Assembly (NCBI GenBank): GCA_963752595.1
Contig: CAVVYZ010000030.1
Coordinates: 32,001-96,000, forward strand
Length of the DNA: 64,000 nt
Direction of reading: 5' to 3'
Origin: an uncultured delta proteobacterium
GTDB lineage: Bacteria; Desulfobacterota; Desulfomonilia; UBA1062
The notes beneath the pieces were generated by a model. It was not told where the DNA came from. It worked only from the letters and a program-made list of their open reading frames with translations, and did not search any database. Both the position numbers and the translations under genes were made by a program. Positions within the stretch are counted from its first letter, which is position 1; each line of letters starts with the position of its first letter. Shown in pieces: positions 21,207-32,012 of the stretch.

Positions 21207-22229
21207 TCAATTTCTCCCATATATGTGGGGCCTCTTGAACCGGAAGAAATTATCTTTTTCCTCGAGCTCGATTGTTTTTGCTTCATCCTGGAAATACTGC
21301 TCTCTGAGTGATTTTAGCTTCTCTCCCCGTTCCGGTTCTTCGGATTCCTGTACGATTTCTTCGCGTTTCTGCATATATTTCAGACCGATTTCCCAGCGCC
21401 GTTCATTATCTGCATCCCGCTTTGCCAGCGTTTCAACCTGATCCTCAGGGAATCCCATTTTCCTTCGAATGTCGTTAATCTCCATCTGGCGCTGACCGGG
21501 GCTCAACTGTTTCAGTTCATTCTGGACAGAGTCGATGCTGAAGAAGACTTTGGAGAGGATATAATTCTGGTCCAGGATAAATTCTTCCGGAGAGCCTTTA
21601 TAGGTATCACGGAGAGTTCCCTGATACACATCAAGTTTCTCATCGATGGTCGTATCATCTGATTTATTCAAAACGGCAAGGGTATCCTGCACTTTTAACT
21701 TTCTCGTCTCCGTTGCCAGCATCTCGCCCGACCATATTTTCTCTGCGTCATCTCCGAAAAGTTCCCTTCTCTTTGCCCATAAGGCGGCAGCCCTCTCCGT
21801 GGCTGTCATCCGTACAAGCATTTTTTTGTTATCGTCAAGCCAGAGATTGTACTGGTCCATTTTGCCGAGTGTTTCCAAAATCTCATGGGCATAATCCGGA
21901 AATGCCCGCGTGAGGATGGTATAAAACAAAGCTTTCCCGTTCGCCGGGTAAGTGCCCAGAATATAATCCCTTATCCCGATAAGGCTCGCTTGAGTGCTCT
22001 TTTCCGATATGGTTTTGCCGTAGTACTTCTTCAATTGGCCGACCATCTGGTCAATGAAGGCATCATTTTGGGCAGGCAGAGGTTGAGATCTTCCCGTCTC
22101 CTGCTGGGTGATATTCAGGGCAGGCTTGTCATCCGCATCACGGGTGATGAAAAAATAACAAACACTGGCGGCAAGTACTAATGCAGCTATGCCGAGTGCG
22201 CCGGTTAATTTTTTCATGTTATTCTTCAT
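21207..22229 (-). CDS. Lipase-specific foldase (Lif)-like membrane-anchored helical protein
   Basis: N-terminal TM, linker, helical body with RRELFGDDAEKIW and D..RW..Y..R..I....LREQYF patterns recalling lipase chaperones. Confidence 0.55.
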   Translation of the reverse strand: MKNNMKKLTGALGIAALVLAASVCYFFITRDADDKPALNITQQETGRSQPLPAQNDAFIDQMVGQLKKYYGKTISEKSTQASLIGIRDYILGTYPANGKALFYTILTRAFPDYAHEILETLGKMDQYNLWLDDNKKMLVRMTATERAAALWAKRRELFGDDAEKIWSGEMLATETRKLKVQDTLAVLNKSDDTTIDEKLDVYQGTLRDTYKGSPEEFILDQNYILSKVFFSIDSVQNELKQLSPGQRQMEINDIRRKMGFPEDQVETLAKRDADNERRWEIGLKYMQKREEIVQESEEPERGEKLKSLREQYFQDEAKTIELEEKDNFFRFKRPHIYGRN

Positions 22230-22495
22230 AGATGATTTTATCTCCGACTATGTACAAATTATCAATCAAATTATGCATCATTGTTATCCGTATATGAGGT
22301 GCGGCGATGTATCGTTTTACCGACACGGAGGGAGCGAAGCCCATGGACGGATTAATTGCCCTTTTGAATGTAAAAAGGTTCGAAACCAATATAAATGCAT
22401 GCACCCAAAGAGGGATATAAGAGAACGTTTACCGGCATCTGCAAGGAAGGGCCACGGAAGCTTTTTTAAGAGCTCTTCCGTGACCCTAAGATTAC

Positions 22496-23242
22496 TTACA
22501 GAAGAGGCTGAAGTATTGCCCAGATCCGTTGTGCAAGCTTATATGATCCCGAATCATTGGGATGGACACCGTCGATGATGATATCGGAGTTGACTATGTA
22601 CGGCCGCGGATCGATAAATACACGATAATTGGGAGCAGCAGTTGCATTCTGGACTGCCAGTGCAAGCTTTGTGTCCCCATAATCGACTGCTTTGTTCAAT
22701 GACGTGCTTCCGAAGATACCGTTTTTCACATGATAATAGCCCTGATAGATGATGTTCTGCACGCCGTCTCTGCCCATCTGGTTCAGCAGATTCACTGCAT
22801 CCACGTATACATCGTTTATCAGAGACTTACATGACGACGATAGCCCTGATTCCCACCAGTCGACTTTGCAATTGTAAGGATCAAATACGATGGCAGGGAT
22901 CAGAATCTCATTGCCTCCTCCGTCCATGAAGATAGTCTGGATGTAGGGATGATCGCTTTTTGCTGTGGCATACTGCATGTTGACATCAGGAGTAATGGAA
23001 TCGCCGCCTGTAATCGTAGCGCCCGACTTACTGTACCGGCGGAAGGTCTGGCCTGACCAGCTCTGCAGATTATCATGGATCTTGCCGGACAGCGCATAAA
23101 TGGAGTCTCCCAGGTTCACCACATCGTTGCGGCTCGCATTCCGTATCCATGAGACGCTGAAGATCCCACACGCGGATACCAGTGAAGATAAGAGTAATAC
23201 CACAATGAAGCGAGCAAACAGCCCTGATGTAAATCTTTTCAT
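22496..23242 (-). CDS. SGNH/GDSL hydrolase lipoprotein
   Basis: Lipobox LVSAC; block I GDSI, block II SGA, block III GGGNE, block V DGVHP; SD GAAGGAGG upstream. Confidence 0.88.
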   Translation of the reverse strand: MKRFTSGLFARFIVVLLLSSLVSACGIFSVSWIRNASRNDVVNLGDSIYALSGKIHDNLQSWSGQTFRRYSKSGATITGGDSITPDVNMQYATAKSDHPYIQTIFMDGGGNEILIPAIVFDPYNCKVDWWESGLSSSCKSLINDVYVDAVNLLNQMGRDGVQNIIYQGYYHVKNGIFGSTSLNKAVDYGDTKLALAVQNATAAPNYRVFIDPRPYIVNSDIIIDGVHPNDSGSYKLAQRIWAILQPLL

Positions 23243-23547
23243 ATTACCTCCTTCTCTTTTAAATTTTTTAAACCCTAAAGAAATCAAACCGATTACGTGG
23301 CAGAACTCCAACCGTGTTTTCTTTCCTCTGGGATTCAAAGTAAAACTATAACAAGTGGATATACTATTGACTTATTAGTATATACAATACTAATTAATAT
23401 AAGTACTAATTGTTGTCAATAAAAACCTGTCTAGGAAATTTAATTCCTTAAAGAATTTGCACGGCAAGAATGTCAGGGATTGATTCTATTTTTGTGCGGC
23501 AGGATACTCCCTTGATCGCTTCAAGGAATGAATGCCGTAGTGGCTTA

Positions 23548-24459
23548 TCAGAGAAACTGATCGGCAACCCAGGACGGTATCTGCATGCCGCCCAGTATCG
23601 CGGGCTGCTGGTGGCAGTCGGACCCGCCGGTTGCAATCAGGTCTTCCCTCTTTATAAAGGCGACATAGGTCTTTGTGGCGGTCCTGTTGTGGCGCGTATG
23701 CCAGCACTCGATGCCGTCAATGAAGTCCATCATGGTTTCCCGGATTATGGTCGGGTGCTGTGAGATGTCAGGACTCAGGGCGATGAGGGAGGTCCCGTTG
23801 CTATCGCCGGGATGTGCGAGGACGATCCTTCCGCCTGCGTTTCTGATGAGCGTCGATGCTTCCTCCAGGCTGAAACGCATCTTCGGCACATCACATTTCA
23901 CGAGGTATTTATCAAAGGCCTCCTGCTTGTCCTTCACGATGCCCCTTCTGATGAGGTATCGTGCAATATGGGGACGGGCGAGCGACCCGTCGGCATAGGC
24001 CTGGATTGCCTCCATATCCTCGGGGGTAAATTCAGGAATGCCGGTCTTGCGGAGTTCCGTATTGATCTTTTCAAGGATTTTTCCTGCACGGTGGATCCTG
24101 TAGTCCTGCAGTTGCTCGAGCTTTTCTATAAGTGCGGCATTGTGTATATCAAACCCGTAGCCAAGGAAATCCAGGGGGACTTCTTTGCCTTCCCGGTAAT
24201 CGGGATGAGAAAAGGTGATATTGAGCTCCACACCGGTTATAAAGCGCATGCCGTACGCTTGGGCGAGCTCAATTGAGCGCTCCTGAGCGGCAATGGAGTC
24301 ATGGTCCGTGATGGAAATGAGCCCGACCGACCTGTGATCAGCCTCGGCAAAGATATCTTCCACATCCCATCTGCCGTCCGAGCCGTTTTTGGTATGAATG
24401 TGAAGATCGATGTTTATCGAATCATATTCCATACACAAGATCATAGTATTTCTTTGCAT
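23548..24459 (-). CDS. PHP domain phosphoesterase (TrpH/YciV-like)
   Basis: DLHIHT..SDG, SITDHD, GVE, RPHIA, LAHP, GGSDCH. Confidence 0.92.
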   Translation of the reverse strand: MQRNTMILCMEYDSINIDLHIHTKNGSDGRWDVEDIFAEADHRSVGLISITDHDSIAAQERSIELAQAYGMRFITGVELNITFSHPDYREGKEVPLDFLGYGFDIHNAALIEKLEQLQDYRIHRAGKILEKINTELRKTGIPEFTPEDMEAIQAYADGSLARPHIARYLIRRGIVKDKQEAFDKYLVKCDVPKMRFSLEEASTLIRNAGGRIVLAHPGDSNGTSLIALSPDISQHPTIIRETMMDFIDGIECWHTRHNRTATKTYVAFIKREDLIATGGSDCHQQPAILGGMQIPSWVADQFL

Positions 24460-24603
24460 GCTCTGGAACAGCCATTTTTAAAAACCTTTTTGGAGCCTTG
24501 AATCCACCGGCAACCTTAATGACGTGCGTACAGAAGGCGAATACTCAGGATATGGCTGATCCATCCTGGTTTTGCGCGGTATGCATCCGGGATCATGAGC
24601 TGC

Positions 24604-25635
24604 TCAACGAGCCTCCTGCCCGTCATGAATAACCCTTCCGGCGAGCTGGCCGCAGGCGGCCAGGATATCTTTCCCCTTTTCCCTGCGCAGCATGACGGCA
24701 TAGGGGGAATCTTTCAGCACCTCTTCGAAGGCCAGGACCGCCCCCGGGTCCGGTGCCTCAAGGTGACAGCCCGGCCAGGGATTGAAAGGGATAAGGTTCA
24801 CCTTGACCTTGAGCCCGTGGAGGATGCGGATAAGCTCTCGGGCATCGCGGATACGGTCGTTTACCCCTTTAATCAGGACATACTCGATGGTGATCCTCCT
24901 GCGGTTGGGAAGCTGGTATGCTTTCAGCGCACCGAGGAGTTCTTCCAGGGGATATTTTTTCGTGACGGGCATGATCTCTCCCCGTATCTCGCTGGACGGG
25001 GCATTGAGCGATACGGCCAGGGCGGTCTCGGTATCCTTCCACAGCGCGGTCAGCTTGGGAAGGATGCCGCAGGTGGAAAGGGTGATCCGCCTCTTGGAGA
25101 ACTGAGGGCCTTCCTTGTCGGTAAGGATGCGGATGGTCCGGATGACGTTGTCATAGTTGAGCAGCGGTTCCCCCATACCCATGAAAACGATGTTTCTGAT
25201 CTGCCTGTCCGGATAGGCGCTTAAGGGGGAGAGCACCTGGGCGACTATCTCGGAGACGGCTAGGTTGCGTTTGAACCCCATGGTTGCGGTAAAACAGAAC
25301 ACGCACCCCATGGCGCACCCCACCTGGGAGGAGATGCAGAGGCTGTAATGCTCCTTTTCCGGCATGAGAACGCTTTCGATGACATGGCCGTCATGGAGCC
25401 TGTAGGCGAGCTTCTCCGTGCCGTCCGAAGAAACTTCTGTTCGGACGAGCTCCGGATAGGAAATGACCGCCTTCTCGGACAGCTCCTGTCTGAACTGTTT
25501 CGAAAGGTTTGTCATCTCGCTTATATCCCGGACTGCCTTTCCGAACACCCAGCTGAATATCTGGCTGCCGCGGTAAGGCCTGTCGCTGAACAGGCCCTTC
25601 ATCTGCTCTTTGTCAAAATCGAGAAGATTGATCAT
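24604..25635 (-). CDS. rlmN: 23S rRNA/tRNA adenine-C2 methyltransferase RlmN (radical SAM)
   Basis: CISSQVGCAMGCVFC, MGMGEPLLN, NLIPFN, AACGQL. Confidence 0.96.
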   Translation of the reverse strand: MINLLDFDKEQMKGLFSDRPYRGSQIFSWVFGKAVRDISEMTNLSKQFRQELSEKAVISYPELVRTEVSSDGTEKLAYRLHDGHVIESVLMPEKEHYSLCISSQVGCAMGCVFCFTATMGFKRNLAVSEIVAQVLSPLSAYPDRQIRNIVFMGMGEPLLNYDNVIRTIRILTDKEGPQFSKRRITLSTCGILPKLTALWKDTETALAVSLNAPSSEIRGEIMPVTKKYPLEELLGALKAYQLPNRRRITIEYVLIKGVNDRIRDARELIRILHGLKVKVNLIPFNPWPGCHLEAPDPGAVLAFEEVLKDSPYAVMLRREKGKDILAACGQLAGRVIHDGQEAR

Positions 25636-25705
25636 GGTGGGATCATCCTATGAAGTATGGATATAAAATGCAAGGGTGGATGAAGTGATCTTATAGATAA
25701 GGAAA

Positions 25706-25779
25706 TGCGCCCGACAGGAATCGAACCTGTGGCCTTAGGCTCCGGAGGCCTACGCTCTATCCAACTGAGCTACGGGCGC
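25706..25779 (-). tRNA. tRNA-Arg (anticodon CCG); CCA not encoded
   Basis: Reverse complement GCGCCCGTAGCTCAGTTGGATAGAGCGTAGGCCTCCGGAGCCTAAGGCCACAGGTTCGATTCCTGTCGGGCGCA folds as a cloverleaf with CT-CCG-GA loop and GGTTCGA T-loop. Confidence 0.97.
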
Positions 25780-25802
25780 ACACTCATTCATTTAATTCTT
25801 GC

Positions 25803-26993
25803 TTACCAAATGCTTGACAGCCTTTTCCAATCCTCCAGCGTTATCTCGAACATGGGGAATATCTCCCCGATGGCCTCGATGGTCAGAGTGTGCGACCATA
25901 TCGATGCGTATTTCGGGTTGAGCCATACACTATGTTTGAATGTCTTTGCAAGATATTCCAGTCTTTTTATGCTGGGTTCGCCGGACTGGGTTCCGTAGTA
26001 GATGCTCCCGTTCCGGCTGAAGAGCTCGTAGGGCGCCATGGAGGCATCGCCCACGATGATGAGCCGGGTCTCCGGGTCGAAGCGGCGAGAATTCCTCCGA
26101 GGAAAACCGGTTTGAACTGCCGGGAGGAGTCTTCCCACACCCGGGAATAGATGGTGTTGTGGAAGTAGAAAATCTTGAGGTCCTTGAACTGGGTCTTCGC
26201 ATGGTTGAACAGCACCTGGACCACATTGATGTAGGGGTCCATGGAGAATCCGCCGTTGTCGATCATGAGGATGACCTTGAGCTTGTCCTTCAGAGAGCGG
26301 TCGAAGACGATCTCGATCTCGCCTGCATTCTTCATGGTCTCATAGATGGTCTTTTCGATATTCAGGCTGTCCTTGGGCCCGAGGGCATCATGTGGCGGAG
26401 CTTTTTCATGGCGTCCGAGATCTGGGCCGGCCCGAGGCGTGTGTCCTCGGTGTAGTCCTTGTACCGCCTTTCCAGTGGCGACCTTCACCGCGGACTTGTT
26501 GCTGCGACGGCCGCCGACGCGCATGCCCCCGGGATGGTAGCCCGAATGCCCCACCGGCGAGGTGCCGCCCGTGCCGATCCATCGGTTGCCTCCGTCATGC
26601 CGCTCGGTCTGGTCTTTGAGCCGCTGCCTGAAGTATTCTTCGAGTTCCTCGGGGGTGAGCTTTGCGAGCTTCTCCTCGTCGATGCCCAGGAATTCCGCCA
26701 TCATCTCCGGGTCCTTGCAGCCATTCATCGAGCATGGCCTGGATGGCGAGGTCGATCTCGTCGCCCAGGTCCCCGGTCAGCTCGGCCCCTTTGAAGTAGT
26801 GGGCAAACACCCGGTCATAGATGTCGAAATGGCGCTCGGTCTTGACCATCACGCGCCCGGGACACGAAGTACAAATCGTCAAGGGAGCGGATGAGCCCCT
26901 TATGCAGGGCCTCCTGAAGGCGGAGGAACCCTTGGGCGAGATGGGCAGGCCCTTTGTCCCTAAGAGATAGAAAAATTCGTGAACATGGTTCAC
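25803..26993 (-). CDS. VWA domain-containing protein (MoxR partner), multiply frameshifted
   Basis: Fragments EQ..RHDGGNRWIGTGGTSP.GHSG, MIDNGGFSMDPY, YFHN, LIIVGDASMAPYEL, SVWLNP spread over several frames. Confidence 0.8.
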
Positions 26994-27848
26994 TCAGTCC
27001 TTACCGGTATGATCCCCCGAGTCTGCCTCTGGAGGATCTTATAGTCCTCGCTCTTCTTGAACAGCACGCCGAGGAAGGGGATGTCGTTCTTGGAAAGGTG
27101 CTTCGGGTCGAAATTCTTGTCCATGATGCAGGATCCTGATCCAGTTGATGAGCTCCCTGGTGGCCGGCTTCTTCTCGATGCCGCGGATGTTCCGCAGCCG
27201 GTAGAAGGTCTCGATGCAGGCATCGGACACCTTCTTGTCCAGGTCGGGGAAGTGGGCGTGCACGATCTGGTTCATCATCTCCTGGTCCGGGAAGGCGATG
27301 TGGTGGAACACGCACCTGCCCAGGAACGGGTCGGAGAGGTCTTTCTTGGCATTGGAGGTGATGATGATGATGGGCCTGTTCTTGGCCCGGACGGTCTTGT
27401 CGATCTCGATGATGTCGAAGGACATCTGGTCCAGCACGTCCAGCAGGTCGTCCTGGAAGTCGGTGTCCGCCTTGTCGATCTCGTCGATGAGGAGGACCAC
27501 CTTGTTGTCCGGCTGCGAAGGCCTGGCCGATCTTGCCCATCTTGATGTAGTGCTCGATATTGCTCACATCGCGGCTGGAATCGCCGAACCGGCTGTCGTT
27601 GAGCCGGGTGAGGGTGTCGTACTGGTAGAGGGCCTCGATGGCCTTCATGCTCGATTTCACATTGAGGATGATCAGGGGCATCTTCAGATTTTCCGCAATG
27701 GCATGCGCCAGCAGGGTCTTGCCCGTGCCCGGCTCGCCCTTGATGAGCAGAGGCATCTCGAGCTTGATGCTCGCATTCACGATCTTCGAGAGCTCGGGGT
27801 CGAGCACGTAGATTTGGTGCCGGTAAAGGTGTATTGTTCCATGGTCAT
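26990..27848 (-). CDS. MoxR family AAA+ ATPase, frameshifted
   Basis: PLLIKGEPGTGKT, LYQYD...RLNDS, VLLIDEIDKAD, IIITSN..K.L.D.FL.RC, KKPATREL. Confidence 0.88.
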
Positions 27849-28014
27849 ACTCCTAAAGGTAAGAAATGTTTTTTGCTTTTTCCATACCATACAATATGAA
27901 GGCGTAATGCTCGGAAGAGGCGAAGGCACAATCCCGAACCATGCTACGGTCGATTGACTGATGAAGATGTTTTCGTTACAGAGTAATGGCATTGGTTCAT
28001 AAAGGAGATCTCGT

Positions 28015-28870
28015 TTGGGGAGTAACGAAGAAGTCAAGAACAAAGGAACTTTCTGAAGCGCCTCTGGTCTCTCTCTCCGGGGAGAGAGCCGGCACGGACA
28101 CAAAAAGAGCAGATCGAGAAGATCCTCGATGAGGTGGAGGAGAAAGGGTTCATCGACGAAGACCAGGGTGAGATGATCCACAATATCCTCGTGCTCAAGG
28201 ATACAGCGGTGAGCGAGATCATGGTCCCCAAAGGCGATATCGTTGCCCTGCCGAGCACGGTCGACCATGGACGAGCTGGTCCGGGTCTTCATGAAGGAAG
28301 GATACTCCGGGTGCCCATCTACGAAGAGAACCTGGACAATATCATCGGCATCGTCTATGCGAAGGACATCCTGAAGTACTGGGACTGCGCGGACCAGGTC
28401 GACGGACATCAGGCTGCTGATGCACCCGCCCTATTTCGTCCCCGAAGGCAAGAAGCTCATGGACCTCCTCAAGGAGTTCAGGACGAACCGGCCCAAGATC
28501 GCCATCATCATCGACGAATACGGTAGCGTGGACGGCCTCATCACCATCGGCGACATCCTCGAGGAGATCGTGGGCGATATCATCGGGGAAGAGGGCAGGC
28601 CGAGGAAGAAGAGATCGTCCAGAAGGCGGCAGGCGTCTATATCCGTGGACCCTAAGATCCCCATCGATGAGTTTGCCGAGGAGTTCGAGATGGACATCCC
28701 CGAAGGGGATTACGATACCGTGGGCGGGTTCATCACCTTCCGCATGGAAAGGATCCCGAAACCCGGGGAAACCCTCGAATATCAGCGGCATCCTCTTCGA
28801 GATAGCGGAGTCGGACAAGAAAAGGATAACAAAACTCATCGTCCATGCCCCCTCGAGGAAGGAGGATTGA
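28015..28870 (+). CDS. HlyC/CorC family CBS-domain protein, frameshifted
   Basis: EIMVP, R.PIYEENLDNIIGIVYAKD, AIIIDEYG..DGL.T..DILEEIVGDI, YDTVGG; classical position upstream of lnt. Confidence 0.85.
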
Positions 28871-30343
28871 AGCAGCTGTACCTTGCCGTCCTGTCAGGCG
28901 TCCTCTACGCTGCTATCGTTCCCTCTGTACAGCCTGTGGCCCCTTGCCTGGGTCTGGGCCGTGCCCCTGCTCTTTCTCATGAAAGATGCGGAGCCGGCCA
29001 GGGCATTCCTTCTACGGGATGGTCGCCGGCCTGGTGGCATGGGGAGGAGTTCTCTACTGGATCGCCTACGTCATGAACACCTACGGCGGAATGGACCTGT
29101 TTCCTGCCTGCGTTCCTGCTCCTTCTGCTCATGGTTTACCTGTCGCTCTATTTCGGCGGCCTTCGCCTGGCTCGGCCGCAGGTTCATTCCTGCCAAGCTG
29201 GGCATTTCTCACCCTGCCGGGGGTCTGGATTCTCTTCGAGATCTTCGGGTCATATCTCATTTTTTCCGGTTTCCCCTGGGCGCTGCTCGGGTACAGTCCA
29301 GTCCCCTGGAAGTCATTTGTCCAGATCGCGGAGATCGGAGGCGTCTATCTCCTCGGCGGCATCGTGCTCATGGGCAATATGGCGATCTACAAGGCTGTGG
29401 AAGAAGGAGTTCCTACCTGTCTAGTGATCACCGTGCTGTTTGTCGCGGCCGTGCGCATTCGGGGCGAGTGGAGGATGGGCCATGAGTATCCGATAGAGAA
29501 GACCGTCAGGGCAGCGGTGGCCCAGGCCAATATCCCCCAGGACCGGAAATGGCCTCCGAAAAGGTGAACCCGACCATCGACACCTATGCAAGACTCACCC
29601 GGGAGGCTGTGAAACAGGGCGCCGAGGTCGTGGTCTGGCCCGAGACATCATGCCCGTTCTTTCTCTTTCTCGAATGGCCCTACACCTCCCGGATCCTTTC
29701 CCTGAGCAGGTCGGTCGATGCCAAGCTCGTGGTGGGCAGCCCTGCCTATGAAAACGATCGGTACTTCAACCGGATGTGGCTTCTGGAAAAGGGCAGGATC
29801 GGGGGCTCCTACGACAAGGTGCACCTCGTCCCCTTCGGCGAATACCTGCCGCTCGCCGATCTTCTCCGAAGCCGTTTTTCTCGGGGCTTACCAAGGAGGT
29901 GGGCGATTTCACCACTGCGCCGGAGGCCGAATCCCATCGGGGACATCGGGGTGCATGATCTGCTTCGAGAGCATCTTCCCGGACATGACCCGGGACCTTG
30001 CCACCATGGGGCGACCTGCTGGTGAATGCCTCCAACGACGCCTGGTTCAAGACCTGGTCGACACCCGAGCAGCTCCTCCAGATTGCGGCTTCAGGGCCAT
30101 CGAGAGCAGGCGTGGCTGCTCCGTCCGGTCAACCACGGGATTTCCGCCATCATCAATCCCGAAGGGCAGATCGTGCAAGCAGATCGGGCTGCTGAAAGAG
30201 GATGTTCATCACGGCGTGATATCACACCCAGCCGGACGCTCACGTTTTATACGAGATTCGGGCCCGTCATCGCCTTGGCCTGGGCGCGGACTTTCGCCAT
30301 TGCGGCATTGACAATATACAGATCAGGTGCTAAGGCCTCATGA
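28867..30343 (+). CDS. lnt: Apolipoprotein N-acyltransferase, multiply frameshifted
   Basis: GFPWALLGY, QANIPQ..KW, VVWPET, YDKVHLVPFGEY.P, ICFESIFP, N.SNDAWF. Confidence 0.92.
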
Positions 30344-31460
30344 CCATGGTGGGAGATTATCAGCAATCAATCGATCAGATTCAGGAAAAGCTCGATAATA
30401 TCCGGAGGTTATCTTTGAAATCCCTGAAAAGGAGAAGCGCCTCACCGAGCTAGAAGCCCTGCTCGCAGATCCGAATATCTGGAAAGACCCGGCAAAGACC
30501 CGGGAGATCCAGTCCGAGAGGGCACGCATCAACCGGATCCTGGCAATCTGGGAGAAGGTATCTCTCGCTCTGGGAGGACCTCCAGGTACTGATCGACCTT
30601 GCAAAAGAGGACGAGCAGGCGGTCGCTCCGGATATCAAAGACACCGTCGCACAGCTCCAGGAGCATATCAAGGCCATAGAAAGGGCCCACGTGCTTTCCG
30701 GGAACGACGACGACAAGAGCGCATTCCTGGAGATCCACGCCGGCGCGGGCGGGCTCGAGGCCCAGGACTGGGCCGAGATGCTGCTGCGCATGTACCTGCG
30801 GTGGGCGGAGAAGAACAGTTTCAAGGCGCAGGATCATCGATATCTCCTCCGATGAGGAGGCCGGGATCAAGAGCGCAACCGTGGAGGTCGAAGGCGAGTG
30901 GGCCTTCGGATACCTCAAGGGTGAGACCGGCGTCCACCGGCTGGTGCGCATATCGCCCTTTGATGCGAACAGCCGCAGGCACACCTCTTTCGCCTCGGTC
31001 ATGACGACCCCCGAGGTCGATCAGTCCATCGATATCAAGATCGATGACAAGGACTTGAGGATCGATACCTACCGTGCTTCCGGGCACGGCGGCCAGCATG
31101 TCAACAAGACAGATTCGGCCGTGCGGATCACCCACATCCCCACGGGCGTCGTGGTGCAGTGCCAGAACGAGCGCTCGCAGCACAAAAACAAGGCATTTGC
31201 CATGAAGGTCCTCGCCTCAAAGCTCTATGAGCTTGAAGAGCTCAAGCAGAAGGAGCGCATGAACGAGTTTCACAAGGGCAAGAAGGAGATTGCATGGGGT
31301 TCGCAGATACGGTCTTATGTCATCCAGCCCTACCAGCTTGTCGAAAGACCACAGGACGAACCTGGAGGTGGGCAATGTCGAGGCGGTGCTTGACGGCGAC
31401 ATCTCTGGATTCATCGATGCCTTTCTCGCCATGAGTGCGTCCGTTGGAGGGATACAGTGA
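30340..31460 (+). CDS. prfB: Peptide chain release factor 2 (programmed +1 frameshift site plus extra indels)
   Basis: CTTTGA slippery site at 30413; [21 protein letters not shown] (SPF), [32 protein letters not shown]. Confidence 0.95.
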
Positions 31461-31957
31461 GAGACGCGATTAAAAGCCGCAGGAGCATCCGGAAATTCTT
31501 AAGGCAAAGCGTTCCGGATGAGACCGTCGATGTTGTCCTTGACGCTGCACGCTGGGCACCTTCAGGCCTGAACAACCAGCCATGGCGTTTTGCCGTTGTC
31601 CGTGACCCGTTTTTGAAAGAGAAGATGAGCCGTCTGACCAAATACGGCACCATCATCTCTTCTGCAGATGTCGTTATTGCCGTATTTTCCGACACCCTTT
31701 CAGGCTATGACCGGACAAAGGACCTCCAGGCAATCGGTGCCTGCATCCAGAACATGCTCCTTGCCATCCATGACTTAGGCCTTGGCGGAGTCTGGCTCGG
31801 CGAGATCCTTAAACACAGTTCCGAGGTCAAGTCCCTGCTCGGTGCGCCGGAACCGTATGAATTCATGGCACTGATAGCCTTCGGTTATCCGGATGGAAAG
31901 CCCCCCAGGGCACCCATGCGGAAAACGCTTTCCGATCTTGTATTCTTCAGGCATTAA
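31457..31957 (+). CDS. Nitroreductase family protein
   Basis: [35 protein letters not shown]. Confidence 0.92.
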   Translation: MRDAIKSRRSIRKFLRQSVPDETVDVVLDAARWAPSGLNNQPWRFAVVRDPFLKEKMSRLTKYGTIISSADVVIAVFSDTLSGYDRTKDLQAIGACIQNMLLAIHDLGLGGVWLGEILKHSSEVKSLLGAPEPYEFMALIAFGYPDGKPPRAPMRKTLSDLVFFRH

Positions 31958-32012
31958 GTTTGACACACCGGTACTTGACCGCCGATACCTATCCCATATA
32001 TAGAGGTTCACC

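Noticed and set aside
25706-25779. tRNA-Arg as an integration site of a genomic island
   Set aside because: No integrase and no duplicated tRNA 3' end seen; housekeeping rlmN lies directly downstream
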